Of a stretch of 64,000 bases of DNA, positions 30,000-40,059 are shown one piece after another. The stretch's first letter is position 1; each line of letters opens with the position of its first letter. The stretch covers positions 7,165 through 71,164 of the IMG/VR virus record IMGVR_UViG_3300025131_000024, one strand, 5' to 3'. This DNA comes from a virus. A model generated the notes under the pieces. That model saw only the letters and a program-made list of their open reading frames with translations. It made no database searches and was not told the DNA's origin. The translations under genes and the position numbers were made by a program.

Positions 30000-31241
30000 C
30001 TATCCCGGTCCGGGTATTTCTACTTTGTCCTGTTGCCATAAAGCAAAGGATTCCTCTATCCAGTTACGAAGGAGGCCTGAGGGAGTGAAGTCCCAAAAGC
30101 CTTTGGTGGTTTGCACCCCTCCCTTGAAAAATTCCAGTACCGGGTCGCCTTCGGAATTTGCCCCAGCAGTTGCCATTGGGTCCATCATCCGGTTTATGCC
30201 TCCCACCAACTGATCCCTACCAGATCGTAAAGCATTCACGAATGCCTCCGCTGTGCTGAAGCCGAGATATCTTTTGGATAACCAGTCTATTATATACCAC
30301 GCTGATACAGCGGCACCTACGATCAATAGACCAATTAAAATATACGGGAGCGCAGCCATCGCTGCTGCCCCCATAGAAGCAAATATTCCTAAGCTACCTA
30401 GCCAAGTTAAGACTGTAGTAACTCCCAATACTTTGGCACCACCTAATATGGCTTTCCATGCGAATTTCCCCACTGGAGTTGCCGCAAGAAGCCCAAAAGC
30501 CTTCATGACACTTGTCTTTAGAAATATTGCGGTGCGACCAAATACTTTACCCAATAGGCCTGCTGCGTTTAGTATTACATTTTTCAGACCCGCAGCTACG
30601 GCTTTTATAGTTGTAGGGGGAGTATGGGTAAGAGTAAACTTTGCCCATCCTATCGCTGTCGTTATCGCTGATTTCGTTAGCCAAGCACCTTTACCTAGAA
30701 GCCACGCTAGACCCTTTGCGGTTCTGACAGGGCCAAATAGAACAGAGCTAAGTAAAGCTGAGACTAAAGCCATCCCTGTAACATTGAGGGCGGCTTCTTT
30801 AATAACCCCAAATAGGCCTCCTTTTTCCTCCCATGTGGTTTTGAACCACGATAATAATCCCGTCCAAATAGATTTTAGTGCTTCTATAGGGCTGTCAAGA
30901 AATAAGGCTAACCAACGCACAATATTACCAAATATAACCATTCCTCTAACAAGAAGAGGGGCGATAGGGGCAAGGAAAATATCTATTAAAGTTCCAAATA
31001 TTCTTAGAATTGAGCCCAGACTGCTAGAAATGACTTTAGAATGGGCTAATATTCCTCCAATACCCATGATTGCCATTATACCCTTCATTGAGGTAAAAAT
31101 ACTTGCAATATTTTTTTGGTTCTTCTTCCTTCCCTCTTCAGCGGCTGAGGGTATGGCACTACCTGTACCAGCAACGGGCGAGTTAGCATTACCGACTACT
31201 TCGGCAATTATATTTATAGTTCCACTAACGTCGGTTGGCAT
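30000..31241 (-). CDS. tape measure protein (short)
   Basis: directly follows the frameshifted chaperone; Ala/Gly/Leu-rich amphipathic and hydrophobic segments; start MPTDVSG. Confidence 0.65.
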   Translation of the reverse strand: MPTDVSGTINIIAEVVGNANSPVAGTGSAIPSAAEEGRKKNQKNIASIFTSMKGIMAIMGIGGILAHSKVISSSLGSILRIFGTLIDIFLAPIAPLLVRGMVIFGNIVRWLALFLDSPIEALKSIWTGLLSWFKTTWEEKGGLFGVIKEAALNVTGMALVSALLSSVLFGPVRTAKGLAWLLGKGAWLTKSAITTAIGWAKFTLTHTPPTTIKAVAAGLKNVILNAAGLLGKVFGRTAIFLKTSVMKAFGLLAATPVGKFAWKAILGGAKVLGVTTVLTWLGSLGIFASMGAAAMAALPYILIGLLIVGAAVSAWYIIDWLSKRYLGFSTAEAFVNALRSGRDQLVGGINRMMDPMATAGANSEGDPVLEFFKGGVQTTKGFWDFTPSGLLRNWIEESFALWQQDKVEIPGPG

Positions 31242-31796
31242 TCGCCTGTGCGTCCTCCTCAGCCTTCCTATCTTTAGCACGAAGTATGGCTAAAATAACG
31301 GCTATTTCCCCTTCATGAAGTTCTTGAATTACTTCATATGGGATGTCGGCATGTAATAATCTCATCACCAAACCCCAATGGCTAACATGCCTTATCTCAT
31401 CCATACTAAGAGCAGTTGTACTCCCTTTAAAGAAAGAGAGTACCTTTATACTAAATTTTCACTTGCTTCTACTACGTCAGAGTCCGTAGCTGAAGGCACG
31501 ATTTGTTCTAAGGCTGCACCTAACGTAAGGTTGACTTTAGCTAAGAACATATCATCAGTTTTGCCCCATGGAGCGTCAGTAATGATGTACTTTAAAACCT
31601 CATTGATATATTTCTGACCATCAAACTTTACTTCTCCACCACTTGTATAGTTAGTACATTGAGATACAACTGAATTCTTTTTCGACCACGATAGCGGTCG
31701 AACAGTAAGTTGAATTTTCTCTTCGCCCTCTTCATAAGGCAAATCCAAAATAGTGTTCTCTGCCTCTCTAGTCAACATGTACTTTTCGTAACTCAT
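31225..31796 (-). CDS. tail assembly chaperone with programmed -1 frameshift (G/GT type); short product 31446..31796
   Basis: slippery A-AAT-TTA at 31452-31458 just before the TAA; the -1 frame stays open to TAG at 31225. Confidence 0.8.
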
Positions 31797-31829
31797 AATT
31801 CTTCTCTCCCTTTAACTAAGCCTTTTTAC

Positions 31830-33542
31830 TTACGGATATACTGGTTCCGAATCCACTATAGTTATTTTCATATTCCTGAATAGAATATCTACTTCAGCCG
31901 AAGCCGGGTTGTCTGTTGATACGCTTGTGTTAGCTGACCTTATAAACGCTCCTTGGTTATTTCCACCCGATCCTGAGACATCATCGGTTTCCTGAGTGTC
32001 ACCGGGAATATTTATAGTCAGAGTGTCTGTAGAAGCGGTACGAGTAAAGGCTATATCTATATCAAATCCTGTGTTACTCCCCTCTGCCAATAGCTGCTTA
32101 AACATGGTCGCCGTAGTTGAAGTTGAAGCTAGAGAATCGGGAAGAACCACAGTAGCCGTCATACTGTATTCACGCCGACCTTCATATATATTGGATGGAG
32201 TACGTTCTGACCCATCATCCCTAATAAAGTATCGTGGCTCAAGGTTGTTGTTAATATTGATAGTAAAGTTGGTAATCCTAGCAAACTCTACCCCAAACAT
32301 AGTTACAGACCCCTGAGAGAAGTAATATGGTTCAGTAGTAGGGTATTCAACCGTTGACGCTTTTATGGATGCGTCATACTTATTAACTTCTGTAGAGCCC
32401 GATATATACTGGTTATGGTTCATATCTAAAAACGGAGCAGATTCCCAACTCATCCTAAGGGTTCCACCCTCTTCAGCAGTTATGGTAGCTTGCCCAATCT
32501 TTCCACCAAAGTATCGACGTAACCAAGCATTAGCAGCAGTTTCCGAAGAATCTGTGTTCTTTACTAGCCAAGTTATAGGGGATAGGTCTACAGTTTCCGT
32601 GATTACATGAGTATACGGACTAGTGACCTCATTGCATGTACCCCCACCCGCTCCTGCCGCATGTGCTATAAGAAATGGATAATCTACCCAAATTCTGTCT
32701 TTATCAGTGTCTTCAGTGTCAGAGTCAATTTGTATAATTTTTCTAACTTCTTCAAGCCCACTATCACTAGCTCCTACCTGAATATAGTTACCATCATCAT
32801 AACCGGAATCAGCACTAATTAGAAAATAGTAATCTCCCGGCTTAATAGCAGTAGTTTGTACTACACCACCCCCCGCCCCGGAATCTGTTCCTTTAGTAGC
32901 CACCTTACCAATAGGATATTTTAATGGGTAACCATTTAAAAGTTCAAAGTTAGAGAGGGTTCCAGAGAAGCTCTGTTGCCCTTTATAAGCAGCATAGAAG
33001 TTTCGTTTGGACGTTGTTCCTAGGAAGTACCTACCCTCAATTTCCATTGCGGGGTCTGGGACTTCAATAGACTCCCATACACCGGGGGTAAACCGGGTAT
33101 GATCCATAGTTACATCACCTTCGGCATCTTCTGAAATTCCTAACCCTTGTATTTCACCAGAGTTTAGATCAAGTTCAAAAACTTTACAGTTGTCTAGATG
33201 AGGATATCCTAAAGGAGCATTTAGGGTAAGGGTAGTCGTAGTTCCTGATGTAGGGGTAAAAGATACAATTTTTCTAATTTCGCTATTTAGAGTTGCGTCA
33301 TCAGACCCAGCGTTAGTAGCGGCATCGTTACCGATTACTACATAACTTCCAATGGCTAAAGTATTCACATTACCACTAGTATCTAGGGCTACCGTTCTAG
33401 AACCGGGTAATACGGCAGCAGTCAAAGCTCCCTCAAACCCACTAGAGGCTTCTTTAGTCGCTTCCAAGGGCGCAAAATAGCCACCTAAAGCTGCTTCCGA
33501 GCTAAAAGAAAAGTCTACCTGATCATTACGATATACTGCCAA
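31830..33542 (-). CDS. major tail tube protein with inserted decoration domains
   Basis: TNFTININNNLE...IYEGRREYS tube-type segment; upstream of the chaperone; TTG start with AGGAG. Confidence 0.72.
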   Translation of the reverse strand: MAVYRNDQVDFSFSSEAALGGYFAPLEATKEASSGFEGALTAAVLPGSRTVALDTSGNVNTLAIGSYVVIGNDAATNAGSDDATLNSEIRKIVSFTPTSGTTTTLTLNAPLGYPHLDNCKVFELDLNSGEIQGLGISEDAEGDVTMDHTRFTPGVWESIEVPDPAMEIEGRYFLGTTSKRNFYAAYKGQQSFSGTLSNFELLNGYPLKYPIGKVATKGTDSGAGGGVVQTTAIKPGDYYFLISADSGYDDGNYIQVGASDSGLEEVRKIIQIDSDTEDTDKDRIWVDYPFLIAHAAGAGGGTCNEVTSPYTHVITETVDLSPITWLVKNTDSSETAANAWLRRYFGGKIGQATITAEEGGTLRMSWESAPFLDMNHNQYISGSTEVNKYDASIKASTVEYPTTEPYYFSQGSVTMFGVEFARITNFTININNNLEPRYFIRDDGSERTPSNIYEGRREYSMTATVVLPDSLASTSTTATMFKQLLAEGSNTGFDIDIAFTRTASTDTLTINIPGDTQETDDVSGSGGNNQGAFIRSANTSVSTDNPASAEVDILFRNMKITIVDSEPVYP

Positions 33543-33577
33543 TTTATTAATCTCCTATAAGTTCGTGGGCGATAACC

Positions 33578-33593
33578 CTATTGTTATTATACT
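33578..33593 (-). promoter_or_regulatory. candidate late promoter AGTATAATAACAATAG (identical copy at 49125..49140)
   Basis: exact 16-bp repeat containing TATAAT, upstream of structural genes, no TTGACA at -35. Confidence 0.5.
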
Positions 33594-33595
33594 TA

Positions 33596-34045
33596 TTAAG
33601 TCTCTAATAGGACTGCCCTGTTTTCTAGTTCAATACTGATTTGAGCCCCCCAAACCTGTTCATTTTCCTCAATCCCTATCTCATCCATTCCCGTATATAG
33701 TATTCTTTGGAAGTTTGTCATTTCGTGCCGACGATTATGTAAAATACGTCGCACCTCTTCAGATATGTCATATATACGATCCCTACCGTCAGATTTATTA
33801 CTCGTCCAAATTTCTAGAACTAAGTTCCAAACTCGATGACCATATTTATGGTTTCCTACAGGTGTTTCTCTAAAAAAGGGAGAATCTGCTCGTACTGTTA
33901 ATAAATCTCCACTATTTTCCAAATCGTGTCGAAGTTGGGTGTCATTATGATTGATCACCCTTAACGCAGGTTCTGTTACATTACTAGCATTCCATCGTGC
34001 ATCTAGTAATGCTTTTACATCATCTTGTGGAACTATAGCTGCCAT
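33596..34045 (-). CDS. probable tail terminator/completion protein
   Basis: size, position and the EVRRIL helix-strand pattern. Confidence 0.55.
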   Translation of the reverse strand: MAAIVPQDDVKALLDARWNASNVTEPALRVINHNDTQLRHDLENSGDLLTVRADSPFFRETPVGNHKYGHRVWNLVLEIWTSNKSDGRDRIYDISEEVRRILHNRRHEMTNFQRILYTGMDEIGIEENEQVWGAQISIELENRAVLLET

Positions 34046-34054
34046 TTTATACTC

Positions 34055-37000
34055 CTAATAATCAATTCCGCCTAATAAGATTTCATCATAGCTAAATTTA
34101 CGAGCTGAGTTCGGGTCTATAATAACTTCGTCCTCGCCGCCGAATTTAGACGAGAAAGCCTTAAAATGTAGTAATACATCTTCTGCTTTTAAGGCTTTCT
34201 TGAAGATTATCCCATGGCTACCTGCGGGAGCGAAGCCTTTGGACGTAGATAAATTTTCAGACCATCCAGCAGCCACGGCAGGAGGGCCTCCCGGAAATTG
34301 TCCAACCCAAGTCTTCTTCTTATTAGCTGGTATTTTTTTCAGAGCATCGTGTACTAGGGAACCTACTTTATTGTTTCCACTATTCGATAGACCTCTATGC
34401 ACAGTGAACTGTGTATCCGGGTGTTGCAACTTCACATACTGTTGAGATGCAACTAGATATGGGACTAGAGACAAAGCGTCAGCCGTCCCCGAATTCCAAG
34501 ATTCCTCGAAAATATGAGCTTGTCCCATAGTCCACCCCCAGTGGTTTGCTTGACTTTCTCTGACGGCAGCAGCTTCCCCCTTTAATTCAAATAAAGCCGC
34601 CGCAACTCGTATGTTACCAGTATAATAACCTCCTGATTGCCAACTGTTGAAATTACCCGAGAACGTATCCGCAATATTATTCTCAGCTAAGAAGTTTGCA
34701 ATCTTCTGTCTCCTGCCCGAAGCAGACGATGCATTAAAATTAACGGTTAAAGCTTTATTAATTAGAGTTTTATACTGAGCAGGAATAGTGGTAGAGTTGG
34801 CTACCGTTGTGAAAAAATCCTGTCCCGGTTCTAGGGTAGACCCTATATATTTCTTTGGCGCAGTGAAAGGCAAACCTAACTTTTCATGTGCCTCATTTCC
34901 TTTTGTACCACTGTGTTCTAGCCCTGTAGCATGCCACCCTTTACCTCCCTCATGTTTATGCTGACCCGGATGTGATAAGCCTTCTGAAGCCGCAGTATGA
35001 GACTCATTTAATAGTTGTCCTACTATTGCATCTCGTCTAGCTTTTAGGACTTCCTTCATATTTTCTTTGTTGGGAATTTGAGAATTATCTACAATAGCAT
35101 CAATATGAGCATCCGTAACTTTAGCTAATTTTTGAGCCCCTGTTACTAAGTTTTCAGTAGTTATATCCTGAAAGACTTGATAAGCTACTTTAGCTTTATT
35201 AGGGTCACGCAGAGTTTCTAATTCGTTTACTGTGGCAGTAAATGGTTTAGCTCCTCCCGCCCCGCCGAATTTTAAAGCTCCTCCACTATCAATTTTTATA
35301 ATTTTATTTCCAGATTTTTGGGTATTATCGTTATTAGGGCCAATTACATCCCAGTTAGCTAACCAAGCATCTGCCACGAAAGAATCCATAATTCCAGCTT
35401 CTTGCGACATTTGGTCTATTGGAATGGTTTCAAGATTAGAATTCCAATCAGATTTTAAAGCAGTTTTACCCTTAAAGGATATGAGGGAAGTCCCTAATGT
35501 ACCTATCCCAAGTAATTCATAAAGATTATTAGCTAGAGCTTCAGATTTAACTTGTTCGTCACTACCCGAACTACTGAATTTTATGTAAAATTCCTTGCCA
35601 GTTTGTTTATGTTTGAAGGTTCCCCCTTCGTTATAGCCTAATTTACCCCCTATTTGTTCTAATACGTCATCAAAATTTCCGGGTTCCGATCCGAGAGGGG
35701 GTAGCTCTAGAGGATCAACATCTGGCTCCATACCTTCTTTATGTACAGCATCCGTAACAAAATAGCCATAATTATTCTCAGATTCAGGGTCTTCTAACAG
35801 GGATGAATGAATCTTATTTTGACTGACAAAACCTCCATCTTTATCATCATAGTCGATGGTGTAATTGAACCCCCCCTTTTTTGGTGTTTTATGGGCATAG
35901 GATATAGTTCCTGTGAATTTCTCTCCGTAGTCATTTGTATACGCAATTTTCGTTCCCTCAGCAAGCCCATTCTTATTAAAGGCGGGAGCTTTTGCTGTGG
36001 CCTGTTGACTAGCTATACCTGACGGCAACCCAACAATTTTAGCCCCCGCACTGATTGCCGCTAACATCGTACTATCTATTGGAACATCTTCATAAATTGT
36101 TCCATCGGACATAGTAAAGGTTACCTTAATTCCGTCGCCCGGAGAGGTCCCCGGTATCGATCCTAGACCCAAATTCTGTGTTATAGTAGCCGTAGTTCCC
36201 ATTGGGAATTCGGGCGAACCATACGTAAAGACTAATCCTACTGGTAAATCATCTAGGATTGCAGGAATTACTGCACCGCCTAGTTGGAATCCTTTATCCA
36301 TAGCCTCGGCTACGCCTGCGGAAAGCTGTGAGACTGTCCAGTCCTGTGCTAGGATAACGTCAGTCAGGATCGCTCCCTCAACCCACGAATCTCCAGCTTC
36401 GCCCACATTTAAGTGTACATTTGTTTCTACTTTATTCCCATCAGCGTTTAGACCTTGCTGTACCTCCAATAGGGTATACACCTCGCCTTCCGCTGTTGTA
36501 AACTCAGTTCCCGGTGGGAATGAGACTAAGGTATCTATATCACCGACAGATTCTCCCATTTTTGGAAGCGTGTTTAGATACTCCTCAGTATAAGGATCAT
36601 CCATACTTCCCGTAGGGATAGGAGGACTTTGTGGATTGGGAATATCGTTAAGGCCGGGATGTTGAACAGTTGTTCCGCTGGAGTTATTTCCTCCCGCTAG
36701 TAACTCCGTGATCCAAGTATTGACCTCGTCTAAGTTTATTCCAGAATAATTGTCTTTGGTTCCGGGGGCCATATATTGGGAGTCAAAATAAGAGTAATCT
36801 ACTTTACCAGAGGTTGGAGAGAAACCCGTTATTTCAATTGTGTAGCTATCGGTCCATACAGTCCCATAGCCCTTTTTTCCTGTTATTGTAGTTCCTACTT
36901 GCAATTCATGCGGGTTAATCTCATTAACTACGTCCCCTGTAGGTTCTAAGTCAGCGTCTACTACTGATATATTTGAATCGTTTTGCAACGATGGTGGGTA

Positions 37001-38011
37001 AAAACTATATGGCTTCCCATTCTCGTCTACTGCTGTAATACTATAGTCGCTAACCTTTGTGATTTCTAAAGTGGAGCCGTAGTAATTAATGGTACTACCG
37101 ACTTGTAAGTTAGGTAGGATATCCTTGAACGTAGGTGCGGAGTCTTCAGGATTTATGAAGTCATCAGAGACAAAATCCTCAACAGGGTCTACGTCGGGAA
37201 CATCCACAAGGCCGGGATGTTGAATGTCCACTGGTGATAGTGCATTCTCTAAATTGTTTGTGACCCAAGCATTGAAGTGACTTAAGTCGTCCGTGTAAAC
37301 TTTACTTGGATCATAAACATAGCCTGTATTCATGTAACTTACTGTAGAAGGGGTTATATCCGTTATTTGCATCTCCCAGTTATCATAGCCCTCGCCACCG
37401 CTTATTGTAGTTCCTACTTGCAAGCCATGTGGGTTAATCTCATTAACTACGCCCCCTATAGGAACCTCTGGTTCAGCGTCTACAGGGTCTTCAAATGCCT
37501 GAACTGCATCATCTATAGCGTCCTGATCAAAGGTGCCGGGGGTCGTGTCCCCCTCAAGGCCTTGCTGATCGTTAAATAGCTTCCAAGTTTGCTCTATATC
37601 CGCTTGATGTGTATTATGCCATTCCTGAGCAGCACCAGCAGAAGCACCATGTTTTTGGACCACCGGATGACAGTAATCTGCCCCTGTGTGTCTGTGGGCG
37701 GGTACAACTTTACCAGAACCTTTAGGATATTCTACAGGATTACAATTACCTCCTGTAGCTCCGGTTTTTTCTCCATGAGGTTTAGCAAGGTGGTGATGAT
37801 CTTCTATATTAGGAGGGATAGTCCCAGTTGGGATAGCTCCCCCGAATTCCATCCCATGATGAGGATTAATACCCATCTTATTATGCTTATGGTGTACAGA
37901 AGTTATGGGATGACAATAGTCATATCCCCAATGGCGATGTTGCCCCGGCCCACAAGGTTTCTTAGCCTTTTGTATTAAAAAGGTTTTAAAGCTAGCTAAT
38001 TTCGTCGTCAT
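34055..38011 (-). CDS. large multidomain protein: His/Cys repeats, acidic repeats, PI3/4-kinase/HipA-like domain, C-terminal R-S-E ADP-ribosyltransferase
   Basis: FYIKF...EALANNLY...DAWLANWDV...IDSGG; VHRG...GWSEN...EDEVII; likely start MTTKLAS. Confidence 0.7.
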   Translation of the reverse strand: MTTKLASFKTFLIQKAKKPCGPGQHRHWGYDYCHPITSVHHKHNKMGINPHHGMEFGGAIPTGTIPPNIEDHHHLAKPHGEKTGATGGNCNPVEYPKGSGKVVPAHRHTGADYCHPVVQKHGASAGAAQEWHNTHQADIEQTWKLFNDQQGLEGDTTPGTFDQDAIDDAVQAFEDPVDAEPEVPIGGVVNEINPHGLQVGTTISGGEGYDNWEMQITDITPSTVSYMNTGYVYDPSKVYTDDLSHFNAWVTNNLENALSPVDIQHPGLVDVPDVDPVEDFVSDDFINPEDSAPTFKDILPNLQVGSTINYYGSTLEITKVSDYSITAVDENGKPYSFYPPSLQNDSNISVVDADLEPTGDVVNEINPHELQVGTTITGKKGYGTVWTDSYTIEITGFSPTSGKVDYSYFDSQYMAPGTKDNYSGINLDEVNTWITELLAGGNNSSGTTVQHPGLNDIPNPQSPPIPTGSMDDPYTEEYLNTLPKMGESVGDIDTLVSFPPGTEFTTAEGEVYTLLEVQQGLNADGNKVETNVHLNVGEAGDSWVEGAILTDVILAQDWTVSQLSAGVAEAMDKGFQLGGAVIPAILDDLPVGLVFTYGSPEFPMGTTATITQNLGLGSIPGTSPGDGIKVTFTMSDGTIYEDVPIDSTMLAAISAGAKIVGLPSGIASQQATAKAPAFNKNGLAEGTKIAYTNDYGEKFTGTISYAHKTPKKGGFNYTIDYDDKDGGFVSQNKIHSSLLEDPESENNYGYFVTDAVHKEGMEPDVDPLELPPLGSEPGNFDDVLEQIGGKLGYNEGGTFKHKQTGKEFYIKFSSSGSDEQVKSEALANNLYELLGIGTLGTSLISFKGKTALKSDWNSNLETIPIDQMSQEAGIMDSFVADAWLANWDVIGPNNDNTQKSGNKIIKIDSGGALKFGGAGGAKPFTATVNELETLRDPNKAKVAYQVFQDITTENLVTGAQKLAKVTDAHIDAIVDNSQIPNKENMKEVLKARRDAIVGQLLNESHTAASEGLSHPGQHKHEGGKGWHATGLEHSGTKGNEAHEKLGLPFTAPKKYIGSTLEPGQDFFTTVANSTTIPAQYKTLINKALTVNFNASSASGRRQKIANFLAENNIADTFSGNFNSWQSGGYYTGNIRVAAALFELKGEAAAVRESQANHWGWTMGQAHIFEESWNSGTADALSLVPYLVASQQYVKLQHPDTQFTVHRGLSNSGNNKVGSLVHDALKKIPANKKKTWVGQFPGGPPAVAAGWSENLSTSKGFAPAGSHGIIFKKALKAEDVLLHFKAFSSKFGGEDEVIIDPNSARKFSYDEILLGGIDY

Positions 38012-38273
38012 TAGCATCCTGCGGAGGATTATTTCGAAGCTGGTGAATCCAAGTACTATGGATTGGATCGCTGTCCCAATCAAAGAGGAATTCTGTCGTA
38101 TTTTGATCTGGGGATATCCAATACCCATCCTCTTCGGGATTTTCATTCCAAGAACCCCGTTCATCAGCCTCTCTTTGAAGACGTTCTCGCTCTTCCTCCA
38201 CCTCGTCCTTCGAAAGCCAATTTTCTTGGGTTTTTAGAAATTCTTGTAGCTCTTCTGTTTTCTTCAGACTCAT
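37992..38273 (-). CDS. small acidic hypothetical protein
   Basis: coupled between the head-tail adaptor and the kinase-ART gene; likely start MSLKK. Confidence 0.6.
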   Translation of the reverse strand: MSLKKTEELQEFLKTQENWLSKDEVEEERERLQREADERGSWNENPEEDGYWISPDQNTTEFLFDWDSDPIHSTWIHQLRNNPPQDANDDEIS

Positions 38274-39397
38274 TAAAAAGTCTCCCATGATCTAAGAGAT
38301 TGTAATGTATCGGTTGTCTCTTCTTGCCACGTCATAATTTTAGTTTGTATATCCACACTATTTACACCAGTAGTGAGTATTTTGGTGTAATCGTGGTGGG
38401 TAAGTAAGTCAATAGTGGCTAATTTAATAGCTACATCTTTAATGGTGTCGCCTTCGGCTTCATCTGTAAGACGGTTACGACCAAATAGGTATTTAATTCG
38501 GACGGCGTTAGAGAATTCTCCTATTCCTGCTCCGTAATACCCACGGTTTAATCCTGTGAACCTAGCTGGGAGGAGGAATAGCCTAGAAAAATTAATTTTA
38601 TTGGTGTTAGGGACAAAGAACCACTCTTCATTTCTACCTTGAGTTCTATTTTCCCATGATGTACCATTCCAAATTTCTACTTTTAATACATCAATAACTG
38701 GTTTTTTCTTTAGGGATACACCAGCTAAGTTAAAAGAATGGTATTCATAAGCTATATTAGGTCGCCAGCTCTTCCTAGTCATTCTATCTATATACGCTTG
38801 CCTTCTGTGAAGAATGTTCTCCACAGCAGCTAACGTAGGAACAGTGGCAGTAGTAAAGGCCCCGGTAGTCCACCTTAAGTTTAAGAAGTCGTATACTTCG
38901 GAAGGACTACAGTAAGCATTATAAGATCGCTTACGAACCATTTTTACTGTGGGACTAGTAGCTACAGAAGCAGGAGAAACCCTAATATAGTACCTAGAAG
39001 TACTATCTGGTTCGGTTCCTGAAGCAGCATAGACAGAAGTACCCCAACCGGGCATATCAAGGAATAACTCCGCCCCATCTTCGGTAAAATCGAACTCGTT
39101 CTCTTCATCATTACCCTCTAAATCAGCTAAAGAGGGAATAAAGGTAGTCCAAACACCACCTGCGCCAGCATTCCAGTATTCCCAAGTCAAATCCCCTAGG
39201 CTACCCGCTGTATCTATATCAAAGTAAGCTAAATCAAAACGATCTTCGTCACCTATAATCAGGTAGTCGGCAGCAGCATCAAATAATTCAAATGATGTGC
39301 CACCTCTACGCCTAGCTTCGTTGGTGTGATTACTATATGACGTTCCTGAGGTATCGTAATCCCAAACGGCAGTAAAATACGGAGTTCCTGCGGACAT
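38273..39397 (-). CDS. head-tail adaptor/neck protein with extra N-terminal domain
   Basis: AYCSPSEV...AYIDRMTRKSW...VRIKYLFG...IKDVAIKL connector pattern. Confidence 0.65.
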   Translation of the reverse strand: MSAGTPYFTAVWDYDTSGTSYSNHTNEARRRGGTSFELFDAAADYLIIGDEDRFDLAYFDIDTAGSLGDLTWEYWNAGAGGVWTTFIPSLADLEGNDEENEFDFTEDGAELFLDMPGWGTSVYAASGTEPDSTSRYYIRVSPASVATSPTVKMVRKRSYNAYCSPSEVYDFLNLRWTTGAFTTATVPTLAAVENILHRRQAYIDRMTRKSWRPNIAYEYHSFNLAGVSLKKKPVIDVLKVEIWNGTSWENRTQGRNEEWFFVPNTNKINFSRLFLLPARFTGLNRGYYGAGIGEFSNAVRIKYLFGRNRLTDEAEGDTIKDVAIKLATIDLLTHHDYTKILTTGVNSVDIQTKIMTWQEETTDTLQSLRSWETF

Positions 39398-39407
39398 CTA
39401 TCCTCTC

Positions 39408-39695
39408 TTAGGAGTCGTCCTGAACAGACTCCTCGACTGGTGCGGGTGGTGCGGGTGATTCAGAAGCATTAGATGCGTTCAATTCGTCTATAAATGTTCG
39501 ACGTTCGTCTTCAGGCATTTTGTTTAGTAAGAACCGAAGTACGCCCTGCTGGGCATTTAATTCAGCTACAGCCTGTGATCGTTGCTCGTCTAACCTAGCC
39601 TTCTCAGAATCTATGTTATTCATTATTTGAACTATTTCGTTAGCCTTACCCTGTGCTTCTCTGATATCATCTTTAATATCGGTGTAGTTATTCAT
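39408..39695 (-). CDS. coiled-coil hypothetical protein
   Basis: AGGAGAGG RBS; heptad pattern. Confidence 0.65.
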   Translation of the reverse strand: MNNYTDIKDDIREAQGKANEIVQIMNNIDSEKARLDEQRSQAVAELNAQQGVLRFLLNKMPEDERRTFIDELNASNASESPAPPAPVEESVQDDS

Positions 39696-39825
39696 AATCT
39701 AACCTCTCCTATTTACTACTTATGCCTACCTAAGGCAGTTATACTCTATTATACAAATTTTTTTTAAAAAAAATAAGTTTTTAAATGTCTACCATCTCGA
39801 TTGCTACGTCTACCATGTGTTCTCC

Positions 39826-40032
39826 CTAACTTGCTATTGCGGATGTCCCCACGGGGTTCGCTGCGTTAATCACATGCTCCCGGTACTTCTGGACAAGACC
39901 CTGAAAGTGTCGCAGTCCCCACGCCTTCACCTCTGCGTCGGTCGGGGTGCTATCCGATCCCTGATGGAACGCAAGTGCAGCCTTAATCTCGTTCATTTGT
40001 TCCGTTGTTACGGTGTAAGTTATTTCTGCCAT
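39826..40032 (-). CDS. small tail-associated hypothetical protein
   Basis: AGGAG RBS; similar to 24406..24594. Confidence 0.6.
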   Translation of the reverse strand: MAEITYTVTTEQMNEIKAALAFHQGSDSTPTDAEVKAWGLRHFQGLVQKYREHVINAANPVGTSAIAS

Positions 40033-40059
40033 GTTTATTCTCCTAAAATCGGTAGTGTT

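Noticed and set aside
30253-31293. 346-aa plus-strand ORF and other plus-strand ORFs in the track
   Set aside because: Antisense shadows of minus-strand genes, with no RBS, promoter or recognisable motifs
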